From: Eledone cirrhosa
Lineage: Eukaryota
Assembly (NCBI GenBank): GCA_964016885.1
Contig: OZ024740.1
Location: 29,698,001-29,762,000, forward strand
Direction of reading: 5' to 3'
Length of the DNA stretch: 64,000 nucleotides
Part shown: positions 13,001-28,000 of the stretch, one piece after another
Numbering within the stretch: position 1 is the stretch's first letter
Layout of the letters: the number at the start of each line of letters is the position of its first letter
Translations under genes and position numbers: made by a program
Notes under the pieces: model-generated
Databases searched by the model: none
Told to the model about the DNA's origin: nothing
What the model saw: only the letters and a program-made list of their open reading frames with translations

Positions 13001-16000
13001 NNNNNNNNNNNNNNNNNNNNNNNNNNNNNNNNNNNNNCTATCATTTGCACCCCCTCTCTTTCTCCCCGAATCATTTCCACCCCCTCTCTTTCTCACTCTA
13101 TCATTTCCACCCCCTCTCTTTTCCCTCTATTAATTCCACACCCTCTCTTTCTCCCTCAATAATTTCCACCCCACCCCTCTTTCTCCCTCTATCATTTCCA
13201 CTCCCTCTCTTTCTCTCTCTATCATTTCCTCCCCCTCTCTTTCTCCCTCTATCATTTCCATCCCTCTCTTTCTCCCTCTATCATTTCCACTCCCTCTCTT
13301 TCTCCCTCTATCATTTCCACTCCCTCTCTTTCTCCCTCTATCATTTCCTCTTACTCTCTTTCTCCCTCTATTATTTCCAACCCCTCTCTTTCACTTTCTA
13401 TCATTTCCACCCCCTCTCTTTCTCCCTCTATCATTTCCAACCCCTCTCTTTCTGCCTCTATTATTTCATCTCCCTCTCTTTCTCCCTCTATTATTTCCAC
13501 ACCCTCTTTTTCTCCCTCTATCATTTCCACCCCCTCTTTCTCCCTCTATCATTTCCTCCCCCTATCTTTCTCCCTCTATCATTTCCACTCCCTCTCTTTC
13601 CCCCTCTATCATTTCCCCTCACTCTCTTTCTCCCTCTATCATTTCCACTCACACTCTTTCTCCCTCTATCATTTCCCCTCCCTCTATGTCTCCCTCTATC
13701 ATTTCCCCTCCCTCTCTTTCTCCCTCTATCATTTCATCTCCCTCTCTTTTCCCTCTATCATTTACACTCCCTCTCTTTCTCCCTCTATCATTTCCGCCCT
13801 CTCTCTTTCTCCCTCTATCAGTTCCACTCCCACTCTTTCTCCCTCTATCATTTCATCTCCCTCTCTTTTTCCCTCTATCATTTCCACTACCTCTCTTTCT
13901 CCCTCTATCATTTCCACCCCTCTCTTTCTTCCTCTACCATTTCATCACACTCTCTTTCTCCCTCTATCATTTCCACTACCTCTCTTTCTCCCTCTATCAT
14001 TTCCACCCCCTCTCTTTCTCCCTCTATCATTTCCCCTCCCTCTCTTTCTCCCTCTATCATTTGCACCCCCTCTCTTTCTCCCTCTATCATTTACACTCCC
14101 TCTCTTTCTCCCTCTATCATTTCCCCTCCCTCTCATTCTCCCTCTCTTTCTCCCTCTATCATTTCATCTCCCTCTCTTTCTCCCTCTATCATTTACACTC
14201 CCTCTCTTTCTCCCTCTATCATTTCCACACCCTCTCTTTCTCCCTCTATCATTTCCCCTTCCGCTCTTTCTCCCTCTATCATTTCCCTCCCTCTCATTCT
14301 CCCTCTCTTTCTCCCTCTATCATTTCATCTCCTCTTTCTCCTCTATCATTTACACTCCCTTTCTTTCTGCCTCTATCATTTCCCCTCCCTCTCATTCTCC
14401 CTCTATAATTTCATCCCCCTCTCTTTCTCCCTCTATTATTTCCTCCCCCTCTCTTTCTCCCTCTATTATTTCCACCCCCTCTCTTTCTCCCTCTATCAAT
14501 TCCAACCCCTCTCTTTCTCCCTCTATCATTTCCACCCCTCTCTTTTCCCTCTATTATTTCCACCCCCTCTCTTTCTCCCTCTATCATTTCCAGTCCCTCT
14601 CTTTCTCCATCTATCATTTACACACCCCCTCTTTCTCCCTCTATCATTTCCACCCCGCTCCCTTTCTACCTCTATCATTTCCACCCCCTCTCTTTCTCCC
14701 TCTATCATTTCCCCTACTTCTCTTTCTCCCTCTATCATTTTCCCTCCCTCTCTTTCTCTCTCTATCATTTCCAATCCCTCTCTTTCTCCCTTTATTATTT
14801 CCCCTCCCTCTCCTTCTCCCTCTATCATTTCCACTCCCTCTCTTTCTCCCTCTATCATTTCCCCTCCCTCTCTTTCTCCCTCTATCATTTCCACTCTCTC
14901 TCTTTCTCCCTCTATTATTTCCACCCCCTCTCTTTCTCTCTCCATCATTTCCAACCCCTCTCTTTCTCCCTCTATTAATACCCCTCCCTCTCTTTCTCCC
15001 TCTAAAATTTCCACTCCCTCTCTTCCTCCCTCTATCAATTCCCCTCCTTCTCTTTCTCCCTCTATCAGTTCCCCTCCCTCTCTTTCTCCCTCTATCAATT
15101 CACCTCCCTCTCTTTTTCCCTCTATCATTTCCACTCCCTCTCTTTCTCCCTCTATCAATTCCCCTCCCTCTCTTTCTCCCTCTAACATTTCCACTCCCTC
15201 TCTCTCTCCCTCTACCATTTCATCTCTCTCTCTTTCTCCCTCAATCATTTCCTCCAACTCTCCTTCTCCCTCTATCATTTCCACCCCCTCTTTCTCCCTC
15301 TATCATTTCCACCCCCTCTTTCTCCCTCTATCATTTCCAACCCCTCTTTCTCCCTCTATCATTTCCACTCCCACTCTTTCTCCCTCTATCATTTCCACTC
15401 CCTCTCTTTCTCCCTCTATCATTTCCACTCCCTCTCTTTCTCCCTTTATCATTTCAACTCCCTCTCTTTTCCCTCTATCATTTCCACCCCTCTCTTTCTC
15501 CCTCTATCATTTCCGCCCCCTCTCTTTCTCCCTCTATCATTTCATCTCCCTCTCTTTCTCCCTCTGTTATTTCCACCCCCTCTCTTTCACCCTCTATCAT
15601 TTCCACCCCCTCTCTTTCTCCCTCTATCATTTCCACCCCCTCTCTTTCTCCCTCTATTATTTCCACTCCCTCTCTTTTTCCCTGTATCATTTCCACCCCC
15701 ACTCTTTCTCCCTCTATCATTTCCAGTCCCTCTCTTTTTCCCTCTATCATTTCCACTCCCTCTCTTTCTCCCTCTAACATTTCCACTCCCTCTCTTTCTC
15801 CCTCTATCATTCCCCTCCCTCTCTTTCTCCCTCTATCATTTCCTCCCCCTCTCTTTCTCCCTCTATCATTTCCAGTCCTTCTCTTTCTCCCTCTACCATT
15901 TCATCTCCCTCTCTTTCTCCCTCTATTATTTCCACACCCTCTCTTTCTCCCTCGATCATTTCCACCCCCTCTTTCTGCCTCTATCATTTCCTGCTCCTCT

Positions 16001-19000
16001 CTTTCTCCCTCTATCATTTCCTCCCCCTCGTTTTCTCCCTCTATCATTTGCACCCCCTCTCTTTCTCACCGAATCATTTCCACACCCTCTCTTTCTCCCT
16101 CTATCATTTCCACCCCCTCTCTTTTCCCTCTATTAATTCCACTCCCTCTCTTTCCCCCTCAATAATTTCCACCCCACCCCTCTTTCTCCCTCTATCATTT
16201 CCACTCCCTCTCTTTCTCTCTCTATCATATCCTCCCTCTCTCTCTCTCCCTCTATCATTTCCACCCTCTCTCTTTCTCCCTCTATCATTTCCCCTCCCTC
16301 TCTTTCTCCCTCTATCATTTCCACTCCCTCTCTTTCTCCCTCTATCATTTCCGCTCCCTCTCTTTCTCCCTCTATCAGTTCCATTCCCTCTCTTTCTCCC
16401 TCTATCATTTCCACCACTCTCTTTCTCCCTCTACCATTTCCACTCCCTCTCTTTCTCCCTCTATTATTTCCACCCCCTCTCTTTCTCCCTCTATCATTTC
16501 CAACCCCTCTCTTTCTCCCTCTATTATTTCATCTCCCTCTCTTTCTCCCTCTATTATTTCCACACCCTCTTTTTCTCCCTCTATCATTTCCACCCCCTCT
16601 TTCTCCCTCTATCATTTCCTCCCCCTATCTTTCTCCCTCTATCATTTCCGCTCCCTCTCTTTCTCCCTCTATCATTTCCCCTCACTCTCTTTCTCCCTCT
16701 ATCATTTCCACTCACACTCTTTCTCCCTCTATCATTTCCCCTCCCTCTGTCTCCCTCTATCATTTCCCCTCCCTCTCTTTCTCCCTCTATCATTTCATCT
16801 CCCTCTCTTTTTCCCTCTATCATTTACACTCCCTCTCTTTCTCCCTCTATCATTTACGCCCTCTCTCTTTCTCCCTCTATCAGTTCCACTCCCACTCTTT
16901 CTCCCTCTATCATTTCATTTCCCTCTCTTTCTCCCTCTATCATTTCCACTACCTCTCTTTCTGCCTCTATCATTTCCACCCCCTCTCTTTCTCCCTCTAT
17001 CATTTCCCCTCCCTCTCTTTCTCCCTCTATCATTTCCACTACCTCTCTTTCTCCCTCTATCATTTCCCCTCCCTCTCTTTCTCCCTCTATCATTTACACT
17101 CCCTCTCTTTCTCCCTCTATCATTTCCCCTCCCTCTCTTTCTCCCTCTATCATTTCCCCTCCCTCTCATTCTCCCTCTCTTTCTCCCTCTATCATTTACA
17201 CTCCCTCTCTTTCTCCCTCTATCATTTCTACTCACTCTCTTTCTCCCTCTATCATTTCCCCTCCCTCTCTTTCTCCCTCTATCATTTCCGCTCCCTCTCT
17301 TTCTCCCTCTATCAGTTCCATTCCCTCTCTTTCTCCTTCTACCATTTCCACTCCCTCTCTTTCTCCCTCTGTTATTTCCAACCCCTCTCTTTCACTTTCT
17401 ATCATTTCCACCCCCTCTCTTTCTCCCTCTATCATTTCCAACCCCTCTCTTTCTCCCTCTATTATTTCATCTCCCTCTCTTTCTCCCTCTATTATTTCCA
17501 CACCCTCTTTTTCTCCCTCTATCATTTCCACCCCCTCTTTCTCCTTCTATCATTTCCTCCCCCTATCTTTCTCCCTCTATCATTTCCACTCCCTATCTTT
17601 CCCCCTCTATCATTTCCCCTCACTCTCTTTCTCCCTCTATCATTTCCACTCACACTCTTTCTCCCTCTATCATTTCCCCTCCCTCTATGTCTCCCTCTAT
17701 CATTTCCCCTCCCTCTCTTTCTCCCTCTATCATTTCATCTCCCTCTCTTTTTCCCTCTATCATTTACACTCCCTCTCTTTCTCCCTCTATCATTTCCGCC
17801 CTCTCTCTTTCTCCCTCTATCAGTTCCACTCCCACTCTTTCTCCCTCTATCATTTCATCTCCCTCTCTTTTTCCCTCTATCATTTCCACTACCTCTCTTT
17901 CTCCCTCTATCATTTCCACCCCTCTCTTTCTCCCTCTACCATTTCATCACACTCTCTTTCTCCCTCTATCATTTCCACTACCTCTCTTTCTCCCTCTATC
18001 ATTTCCACCCCCTCTCTTTCTCCCTCTATCATTTCCCCTCCCTCTCTTTCTCCCTCTATCATTTCCCCTCCCTCTCTTTCTCCCTCTATCATTTGCACTC
18101 ACTCTCTTTCTCCCTCTATCATTTACACTCCCTCTCTTTCTCCCTCTATCATTTCCCCTCCCTCTCATTCTCCCTCTCTTTCTCCCTCTATCATTTCATC
18201 TCCCTCTCTTTCTCCCTCTATCATTTACACTCCCTCTCTTTCTACCTCTATTATTTCCACACCCTCTCTTTCTCCCTCTATCATTTCCCCTCCCGCTCTT
18301 TCTCCCTCTATCATTTCCCCTCCCTCTCATTCTCCCTCTTTTTATCCCTCTATCATTTCATCTCCTCTTTCTCCCTCTATCATTTACACTCCCTCTCTTT
18401 CTGCCTCTATCATTTCCGCTCCCTCTCATTCTCCCTCTATCATTTCATCCCCCTCTCTTTCTCCCTCTATTATTTCCTCCCCCTCTCTTTCTCCCTCTAT
18501 TATTTCCACCCCCTCTCTTTCTCCCTCTATCAATTCCACCCCCTCTCTTTCTCCCTCTATCATTTCCACTCCCTCTCTTTCTCCCTCTATCATGTCCACT
18601 CCCTCTCTTTCTCCCTCAATCATTTCCAGCCCCTCTCTTTCTCCCTCTATCATTTCCTACCCGTCTCTTTCTCCATCTATCATTTCCACCCCTCTCTTTC
18701 TCCCTCTATCATTTCCACTCCCTCTCTTTCTCCCTCAATTATTTCCAGCCCCTCTCTTTCTCCCTCTATCATTTCCACCCCCTCTCTTTCTCCCTCTATC
18801 ATTTCCCCTCCTTCTCTTTCTCCCTCTATCATTTCCCCTCCCTCTCTTTCTCTCTCTATCATTTCCGATCCCTCTCTTTCTCCCTCTATCATTTCCCCTC
18901 CCTCTCTTTCTCCCTCTATCATTTCCACTCCCTCTCTTTCTCCCTCTACCATTTCATCTCTCTCTCTTTCTCCCTCTATCATTTCCACCCCTCTTTCTCC

Positions 19001-22000
19001 CTCTATCATTTCTTCCCCCTCACTTTCTCCCTCTATCATTTCCACCCCCTCTCTTTCTCCCTCTATCATTCCCCCCCCCTCTCTTTCTCCCTCTATCATT
19101 TCCACTCCCTCTCTTTCTCCCACTATCATTTCCACTCCCTCTCTTTCTCCCTCTATCATTTCCACTCCCACTCTTTCTCCCTCTATCATTTCAACACCCT
19201 CTCTTTTTCCCTCTATCATTTCCACCCCCTCTCTTTCTCCCTCTATCATTTCATCTCCCTCTCTTTCTCCCTCTATTATTTCCCCCCCCCCTCTCTTTCA
19301 CCCTCTATCATTTCCACCCCCTCTCTTTCTCCCTCTATCATTTCCACCCCCTCTCTTTCTCCCTCTATTATTTCCACTCCCTCTCTTTTTACCTGTATCA
19401 TTTCCACCCCCACTCTTTCTCCCTCTATCATTTCCAGTCCCTCTCTTACTCCCCCTATCATTTCCACCCCCTCTCTTTTTCCCTCTATCATTTCCACTCC
19501 CTCTCTTTCTCCCTCTATCATTTCCAGTCCCTCTCTTTCTCCCTCTATCATTTCCATCCCCTCTCTTTTTCCCTCTATCATTTCCACTCCCTCTCTTTCT
19601 TCCTGTAACATTTCCACTCCCTCTCTTTCTCCCTCTATTATTTCCACCCCCTCTCTTTCACCCTTTATCATTTGCACCCCCTCTCTTTTTCCCTCTATCA
19701 TTTCCACCCCCTCTCTTTCTCTCTCTACCATTTCATCTCCCTCTCTTTCTCCCTCTATTATTTCCACACCCTCTCTTTCTCCCTCGATCATTTCCACCCT
19801 CTCTTTCTCCCTCTATCATTTCCTGCCCCTCTCTTTCTCCCTCTATCATTTCCTCCCCCTCGCTTTCTCCCTCTATCATTTGCACCCCCTCTCTTTCTCC
19901 CCGAATCATTTCCACCCCCTCTCTTTTCCCTCTATTAATTCCACACCCTCTCTTTCTCCCTCAATAATTTCCACCCCACCCCTCTTTCTCCCTCTATCAT
20001 TTCCACTCCCTCTCTTTCTCTCTCTATCATTTCCTCCCCCTCTCTTTCTCCCTCTATCATTTCCATCCCTCTCTTTCTCCCTCTATCATTTCCACTCCCT
20101 CTCTTTCTCCCTCTATCATTTCCACTCCCTCTCTTTCTCCCTCTATCATTTCCACTCACTCTCTTTCTCCCGCTATTATTTCCAACCCCTCTCTTTCACT
20201 TTCTATCATTTCCACCCCCTCTCTTTCTCCCTCTATCATTTCCAACCCCTCTCTTTCTCCCTCTATTATTTCATCTCCCTCTCTTTCTCCCTCTATTATT
20301 TCCACACCCTCTTTTTCTCCCTCTATCATTTCCACCCCCTCTTTCTCCCTCTATCATTTCCTCCCAATATCTTTCTCCCTCTATCATTTCCACTCCCTCT
20401 CTTTCCCCCTCTATCATTTCCCCTCACTCTCTTTCTCCCTCTATCATTTCCACTCACACTCTTTCTCCCTCTATCATTTCCCCTCCCTCTATGTCTCCCT
20501 CTATCATTTCCCCTCCCTCTCATTCTCCCTCTATCCTTTCATCTCCCTCTCTTTTTCCCTCTATCATTTACACTCCCTCTCTTTCTCCCTCTATCATTTC
20601 TGCTCTCTCTCTCTTTCTCCCTCTATCAGTTCCACTCCCACTCTTTCAACCTCTATCATTTCATCTCCCTCTCTTTCTCCCTCTATCATTTCATCTCCCT
20701 CTCTTTTTCCCTCTATCATTTACACTCCCTCTCTTTCTCCCTCTATCATTTCCGCCCTCTCTCTTTCTCCCTCTATCAGTTCCACTCCCACTCTTTCTAC
20801 CTCTATCATTTCATCTCCCTCTCTTTTTCCCCCTATCATTTCCACTACCTCTCTTTCTCCCTCTATCATTTCCACCCCTCTCTTTCTTCCTCTACCATTT
20901 CATCACACTCTCTTTCTCCCTCTATCATTTCCACTACCTCTCTTTCTCCCTCTATCATTTCCACCCCCTCTCTTTCTCCCTCTATCATTTCCCCTCCCTC
21001 TCTTTCTCCCTCTATCATTTCCACTACCTCTCTTTCTCCCTCTATCATTTCCCCTCCCTCTCTTTCTCCCCCTCTTTCTCCCTCTATCATTTCATCTCCC
21101 TCTCTTTCTCCCTCTATCATTTACACTCCCTCTCTTTCTCCCTCTATCATTTCCACACCCTCTCTTTCTCCCTCTATCATTTCCCCTCCCGCTCTTTCTC
21201 CCTCTATCATTTCCCCTCCCTCTCATTCTCCCTCTCTTTCTCCCTCTATCATTTCATCTCCTCTTTCTCCCTCTATCATTTACACTCCCTCTCTTTCTGC
21301 CTCTATCATTTCCACCCCCACTCTTTCTCCCTCTATCATTTCCAGTCCCTCTCTTTTTCCCTCTATCATTTCCACTCCCTCTCTTTCTTCCTGTAACATT
21401 TCCACTCCCTCTCTTTCTCCCTCTATTATTTCCACCCCCTCTCTTTCACCTTTTATCATTTGCACCCCCCTCTCTTTCTTCCTCTATCATTTCCACTCCC
21501 TCTCTTTTTCCCTCTATCATTTCCACCCCCTCTCTTTCTCTCTCTACCATTTCATCTCCCTCTCTTTCTCCCTCTATTATTTCCACACCCTCTCTTTCTC
21601 CCTCGATCATTTCCACCCCCTCTTTCTGCCTCTATCATTTCCTGCCCCTCTCTTTCTCCCTCTATCATTTCCTCCCCCTCGTTTTCTCCCTCTATCATGT
21701 GCACCCCCTCTCTTTCTCCCCGAATCATTTCTACCCCCTCTCTTTCTCCCTCTATCATTTCCACCCCCTCTCTTTTCCCTCTATTAATTCAACTCCCTCT
21801 CTTTCCCCCTCAATAATTTCCACCCCACCCCTCTTTCTCCCTCTATCATTTCCACTCCCTCTCTTTCTCTCTCTATCATTTCCTCCCCCTCTCTTTCTCC
21901 CTGTATCATTTCCACCCTCTCTCTTTCTCCCTCTATCATTTCCACTCCCTCTCTTTCTCCCTCTATCATTTCCACAGACTCTCTTTCTCCCTCTATCATT

Positions 22001-25000
22001 TCCGCTCCCTCTCTTTCTCCCTCTATCAGTTCCATTCCCTCTCTTTCTCCCTCTATCATTTCCACCCCTCTCTTTCTCCCTCTACCATTTCCACTCCCTC
22101 TCTTTCTCCCTCTATTATTTCCAACCCCTCTCTTTCACATTCTATCATTTCCACCCCCTCTCTTTCTCCCTCTATCATTTCCAACCCCTCTCTTTCTCCC
22201 TCTATTATTTCATCTCCCTCTCTTTCTCTTTCTATCATTTCCTCCCCCTCTCTTTCTCCCTGTATCATTTCCACCCTCTCTCTTTCTCCGTCTATCATTT
22301 ACCCTCCCTCTCTTTCTCCCTCTATCATTTCCATTCCCTCTCTTTCTCCCTCTATCATTTTCCCCTCACTCTCTTTCTCCCTCTATCATTTCCACTCACT
22401 CTCTTTCTCCCTCTATCATTTCCCCTCCCTCTCTTTCTCCCTCTATCATTTCCCCTCCCTCTCTTTCCCCCTCTATCATTTCATCTGCCTCTCTTTTTCC
22501 CTCTATCATTTACACTCCCTCTCTTTCTGCCTCTATCATTTCTGCTCTCTCTCTTTCTCCCTCTATCAGTTCCACTCCCACTCTTTCAACCTCTATCATT
22601 TCATCTCCCTCTCTTTCTCCCTCTATCATTTCATCTCCCTCTCTTTTTCCCTCTATCATTTCCGCCCTCTCTCTTTCTCCCTCTATCAGTTCCACTCCCA
22701 CTCTTTCTCCCGCTATCATTTCATCTTCCTCTCTTTTTCCCTCTATCATTTCCACTACCTCTCTTTCTCCCTCTATCATTTCCACCCCTCTCTTTCTCCC
22801 TCTACCATTTGATCACACTCTCTTTCTCCCTCTATCATTTCCACACCCTCTCTTCTCCCTCTATCATTTCCCCTCCCTCTCTTTCTCCCTCTATCATTTC
22901 CACTACCTCTCTTTCTCCCTCTATCATTTCCCCTCCCTCTCTTTCTCCCTCTATCATTTGCACTCCCTCTCTTTCTCCATCTATCATTTCCCCTCCCTCT
23001 CTTTCTCCCTCTATCATTTCCAGCCCCTCTCTTTCTCCCTCTATCATTTCCACTCCCTCTCTTTCTCCCTCAAACATTTCCACACCCTCAATTTCTCCCT
23101 CTATCATTTCCCCTCCCTCTCTTTCTCCCTCTCTTTTTTCCTCTATCATTTCATCTCCCTCTCTTTCTCCCTCTATCATTTCCACACCCTCTCTTTCTCC
23201 CTCTATCATTTCCCCTCCCTCTCATTCTCCCTCTCTTTCTCCCTCTATCATTTCATCTCCTCTTTCTCCCTCTATCATTTACACTCCCTCTCTTTCTGCC
23301 TCTATCATTTCCCCTCCCTCTCATTCTCCCTCTATCATTTCATCCCCCTCTCTTTCTCCCTCTATTATTTCCTCCCCCTCTCTTTCTCCCTCTATCATTT
23401 CCACTCCCTCTCTTTCTGCCTCTATTATTTCCACCCCCTCTCTTTCTCCCTCTATCAATTCGACCCCCTCTCTTTCTCCCTCTATCATTTCCACCCACTC
23501 TCTTTCTCCCTCTATCAATTCCACCCCCTCTCTTTCTTCCTCTATCATTTCCACTCCCTCTCATTTACCCTCTATTATTTCCAGCCCCTCTCTTTCTACC
23601 TCTATCATTTCCACTCCCTCTCTTTCTCCCTCTATCATGTCCACTCCCTCTCTTTCTCCCTCAATCATTTCCAGCCCCTCTCTTTCTCCCTCTATCATTT
23701 CCTCCTCCTCTCTTTCTCCCTCTATCATTTCCACCCCTCTCTTTCTCCCTCTATCATTTCCACTCCCTCTCTTTCTCCCTCAAACATTTCCAGCCCCTCT
23801 CTTTCTCCCTCTATCATTTCCACCACCTCTTTTTTCCCTCTATTATTTCTACTCCCTCTCTTTCTCCCTCAATCATTTCCAACCCCCCTCTCTTTCTCCC
23901 TCTATCATCTCCACTCCCTCTCTTTCTCCCTCTATCATTTCCTCCCCCTCTCTTTCTCCCTCTATCATTTCCACCCCCTATCTTTCTCCCTCTATCATTT
24001 CCAGTCCCTCTCTTTCTCCCTCAATCATTTCCACTCCCTCTCTTTCTCCCTCTATCATTTCCACTCCCTCTATTTCTACGTCTATTATTTCCACTGCCTC
24101 TCTTTCTCCCTCTATCATTTCCCCTCCTTCTCTTTCTCCCTCTATCATTTCCACTCTCTCTCTTTTTCCCTCTATTATTTCCACCCCCTCTCTTTCTCCC
24201 TCTATCATTTCCACCTCCTCTCTTTCTCCCTCTATCATTTCCACTTCCTCTCCTTCTCCCCCTATCATTTCCACCTCCTCTCTTTCTCCCTCTATCATTA
24301 CAACTCCCTCTCTTTCTCCCTCTAACATTTCCCCTCCCTCTCTTTCTCCCTCTATCATTTCCACTACCTCTCTTTCTCCCTCTATCATTTCCCCTCCCTC
24401 TCTTTCTCCCTCTATCATTTACACTCCCACTCTTTCTCCCTCTATCATTTCCCCTCCCTCTCTTTCTCCCTCTATCATTTCCCCTCCCTCTCATTCTCCC
24501 TCTCTTTCTCCCTCTATCATTTACACTCCCTCTCTTTCTCCCTCTATCATTTCTACTCACTCTCTTTCTCCCTCTATCATTTCCCCTCCCTCTCTTTCTC
24601 CCTCTATCATTTCCGCTCCCTCTCTTTCTCCCTCTATCAGTTCCATTCCCTCTCTTTCTCCTTCTACCATTTCCACTCCCTCTCTTTCTCCCTCTATTAT
24701 TTCCAACCCCTCTCTTTCACTTTCTATCATTTCCACCCCCTCTCTTTCTCCCTCTATCATTTCCAACCCCTCTCTTTCTCCCTCTATTATTTCATCTCCC
24801 TCTCTTTCTCCCTCTATTATTTCCACACCCTCTTTTTCTCCCTCTATCATTTCCACCCCCTCTTTCTCCCTCTATCATTTCCTCCCCCTATCTTTCTCCC
24901 TCTATCATTTCCACTCCCTATCTTTCCCCCTCTATCATTTCCCCTCACTCTCTTTCTCCCTCTATCATTTCCACTCACACTCTTTCTCCCTCTATCATTT

Positions 25001-28000
25001 CCCCTCCCTCTATGTCTCCCTCTATCATTTCCCCTCCCTCTCTTTCTCCCTCTATCATTTCATCTCCCTCTCTTTTTCCCTCTATCATTTACACTCCCTC
25101 TCTTTCTCCCTCTATCATTTCCGCCCTCTCTCTTTCTCCCTCTATCAGTTCCACTCCCACTCTTTCTCCCTCTATCATTTCATCTCCCTCTCTTTTTCCC
25201 TCTATCATTTCCACTACCTCTCTTTCTCCCTCTATCATTTCCACCCCTCTCTTTCTCCCTCTACCATTTCATCACACTCTCTTTCTCCCTCTATCATTTC
25301 CACTACCTCTCTTTCTCCCTCTATCATTTCCACCCCCTCTCTTTCTCCCTCTATCATTTCCCCTCCCTCTCTTTCTCCCTCTATCATTTCCCCTCCCTCT
25401 CTTTCTCCCTCTATCATTTGCACTCACTCTCTTTCTCCCTCTATCATTTACACTCCCTCTCTTTCTCCCTCTATCATTTCCCCTCCCTCTCATTCTCCCT
25501 CTCTTTCTCCCTCTATCATTTCATCTCCCTCTCTTTCTCCCTCTATCATTTACACTCCCTCTCTTTCTACCTCTATCATTTCCACACCCTCTCTTTCTCC
25601 CTCTATCATTTCCCCTCCCTCTCATTCTCCCTCTTTTTATCCCTCTATCATTTCATCTCCTCTTTCTCCCTCTATCATTTACACTCTCTCTCTTTCTGCC
25701 TCTATCATTTCCCCTCCCTCTCATTCTCCCTCTATCATTTCATCCCCCTCTCTTTCTCCCTCTATTATTTCCACACCCTCTCTTTCTCCCTCTACCATTT
25801 CATCTCTCTCTCTTTCTCCCTCTATCATTTCCACCCCTCTTTCTCCCTCTATCATTTCTTCCCCCTCACTTTCTCCCTCTATCATTTCCACCCCCTCTCT
25901 TTCTCCCTCTATCATTTCCCCCCCCTCTCTTTCTCCCTCTATCATTTCCACTCCCTCTCTTTCTCCCACTATCATTTCCACTCCCTCTCTTTCTCCCTCT
26001 ATCATTTCCACTCCCACTCTTTCTCCCTCTATCATTTCAACAACCTCTCTTTTTCCCTCTATCATTTCCACCCCCTCTCTTTCTCCCTCTATCATTTCAT
26101 CTCCCTCTCTTTCTCCCTCTATTATTTCCCCCCCCCTCTCTTTCACCCTCTATCATTTCCACCCCCTCTCTTTCTCCCTCTATCATTTCCACCCCCTCTC
26201 TTTCTCCCTCTATTATTTCCACTCCCTCTCTTTTTACCTGTATCATTTCCACCCCCACTCTTTCTCCCTCTATCATTTCCAGTCCCTCTCTTACTCCCCC
26301 TATCATTTCCACCCCCTCTCTTTCTCCCTCTATCATTTCCACCCCCTCTCTTTCTCCCTCTATCATTTCCACCCCCTCTCTTTCTCCCTCTATTATTTCC
26401 ACTCCCTCTCTTTTTACCTGTATCATTTCCACCCCCACTCTTTCTCCCTCTATCATTTCCAGTCCCTCTCTTACTCCCCCTATCATTTCCACCCCCTCTC
26501 TTTCTCCCTCTATCATTTCCACCCCCTCTCTTTCTCCCTCTATCATTTCCACCCCCTCTCTTTCTCCCTCTATTATTTCCACTCCCTCTCTTTTTACCTG
26601 TATCATTTCCACCCCCACTCTTTCTCCCTCTATCATTTCCAGTCCCTCTCTTACTCCCCCTATCATTTCCACCCCCTCTCTTTCTCCCTCTATCATTTCC
26701 ACTCCCTCTCTTTCTCCCTCTATCATTTCCAGTCCCTCTCTTTCTCCCTCTATCATTTCCATCCCCTCTCTTTTTCCCTCTATCATTTCCACTCCCTCTC
26801 TTTCTTCCTGTAACATTTCCACTCCCTCTCTTTCTCCCTCTATTATTTCCACCCCCTCTCTTTCACCCTTTATCATTTGCACCCCCTCTCTTTTTCCCTC
26901 TATCATTTCCACCCTCTCTTTCTCCCTCTATCATTTCCTGCCCCTCTCTTTCTCCCTCTATCATTTCCTCCCCCTCGCTTTCTCCCTCTATCATTTGCAC
27001 CCCCTCTCTTTCTCCCCGAATCATTTCCACCCCCTCTCTTTTCCCTCTATTAATTCCACACCCTCTCTTTCTCCCTCAATAATTTCCACCCCACCCCTCT
27101 TTCTCCCTCTATCATTTCCACTCCCTCTCTTTCTCTCTCTATCATTTCCTCCCCCTCTCTTTCTCCCTCTATCATTTCCATCCCTCTCTTTCTCCCTCTA
27201 TCATTTCCACTCCCTCTCTTTCTCCCTCTATCATTTCCACTCCCTCTCTTTCTCCCTCTATCATTTCCACTCACTCTCTTTCTCCCGCTATTATTTCCAA
27301 CCCCTCTCTTTCACTTTCTATCATTTCCACCCCCTCTCTTTCTCCCTCTATCATTTCCACTCCCTCTCTTTCTCCCTCTATCATTTCCACTCACTCTCTT
27401 TCTCCCGCTATTATTTCCAACCCCTCTCTTTCACTTTCTATCATTTCCACCCCCTCTCTTTCTCCCTCTATCATTTCCAACCCCTCTCTTTCTCCCTCTA
27501 TTATTTCATCTCCCTCTCTTTCTCCCTCTATTATTTCCACACCCTCTTTTTCTCCCTCTATCATTTCCACCCCCTCTTTCTCCCTCTATCATTTCCTCCC
27601 AATATCTTTCTCCCTCTATCATTTCCACTCCCTCTCTTTCCCCCTCTATCATTTCCCCTCACTCTCTTTCTCCCTCTATCATTTCCACTCACACTCTTTC
27701 TCCCTCTATCATTTCCCCTCCCTCTATGTCTCCCTCTATCATTTCCCCTCCCTCTCATTCTCCCTCTATCCTTTCATCTCCCTCTCTTTTTCCCTCTATC
27801 ATTTACACTCCCTCTCTTTCTCCCTCTATCATTTCTGCTCTCTCTCTCTTTCTCCCTCTATCAGTTCCACTCCCACTCTTTCAACCTCTATCATTTCATC
27901 TCCCTCTCTTTCTCCCTCTATCATTTCATCTCCCTCTCTTTTTCCCTCTATCATTTACACTCCCTCTCTTTCTCCCTCTATCATTTCCGCCCTCTCTCTT

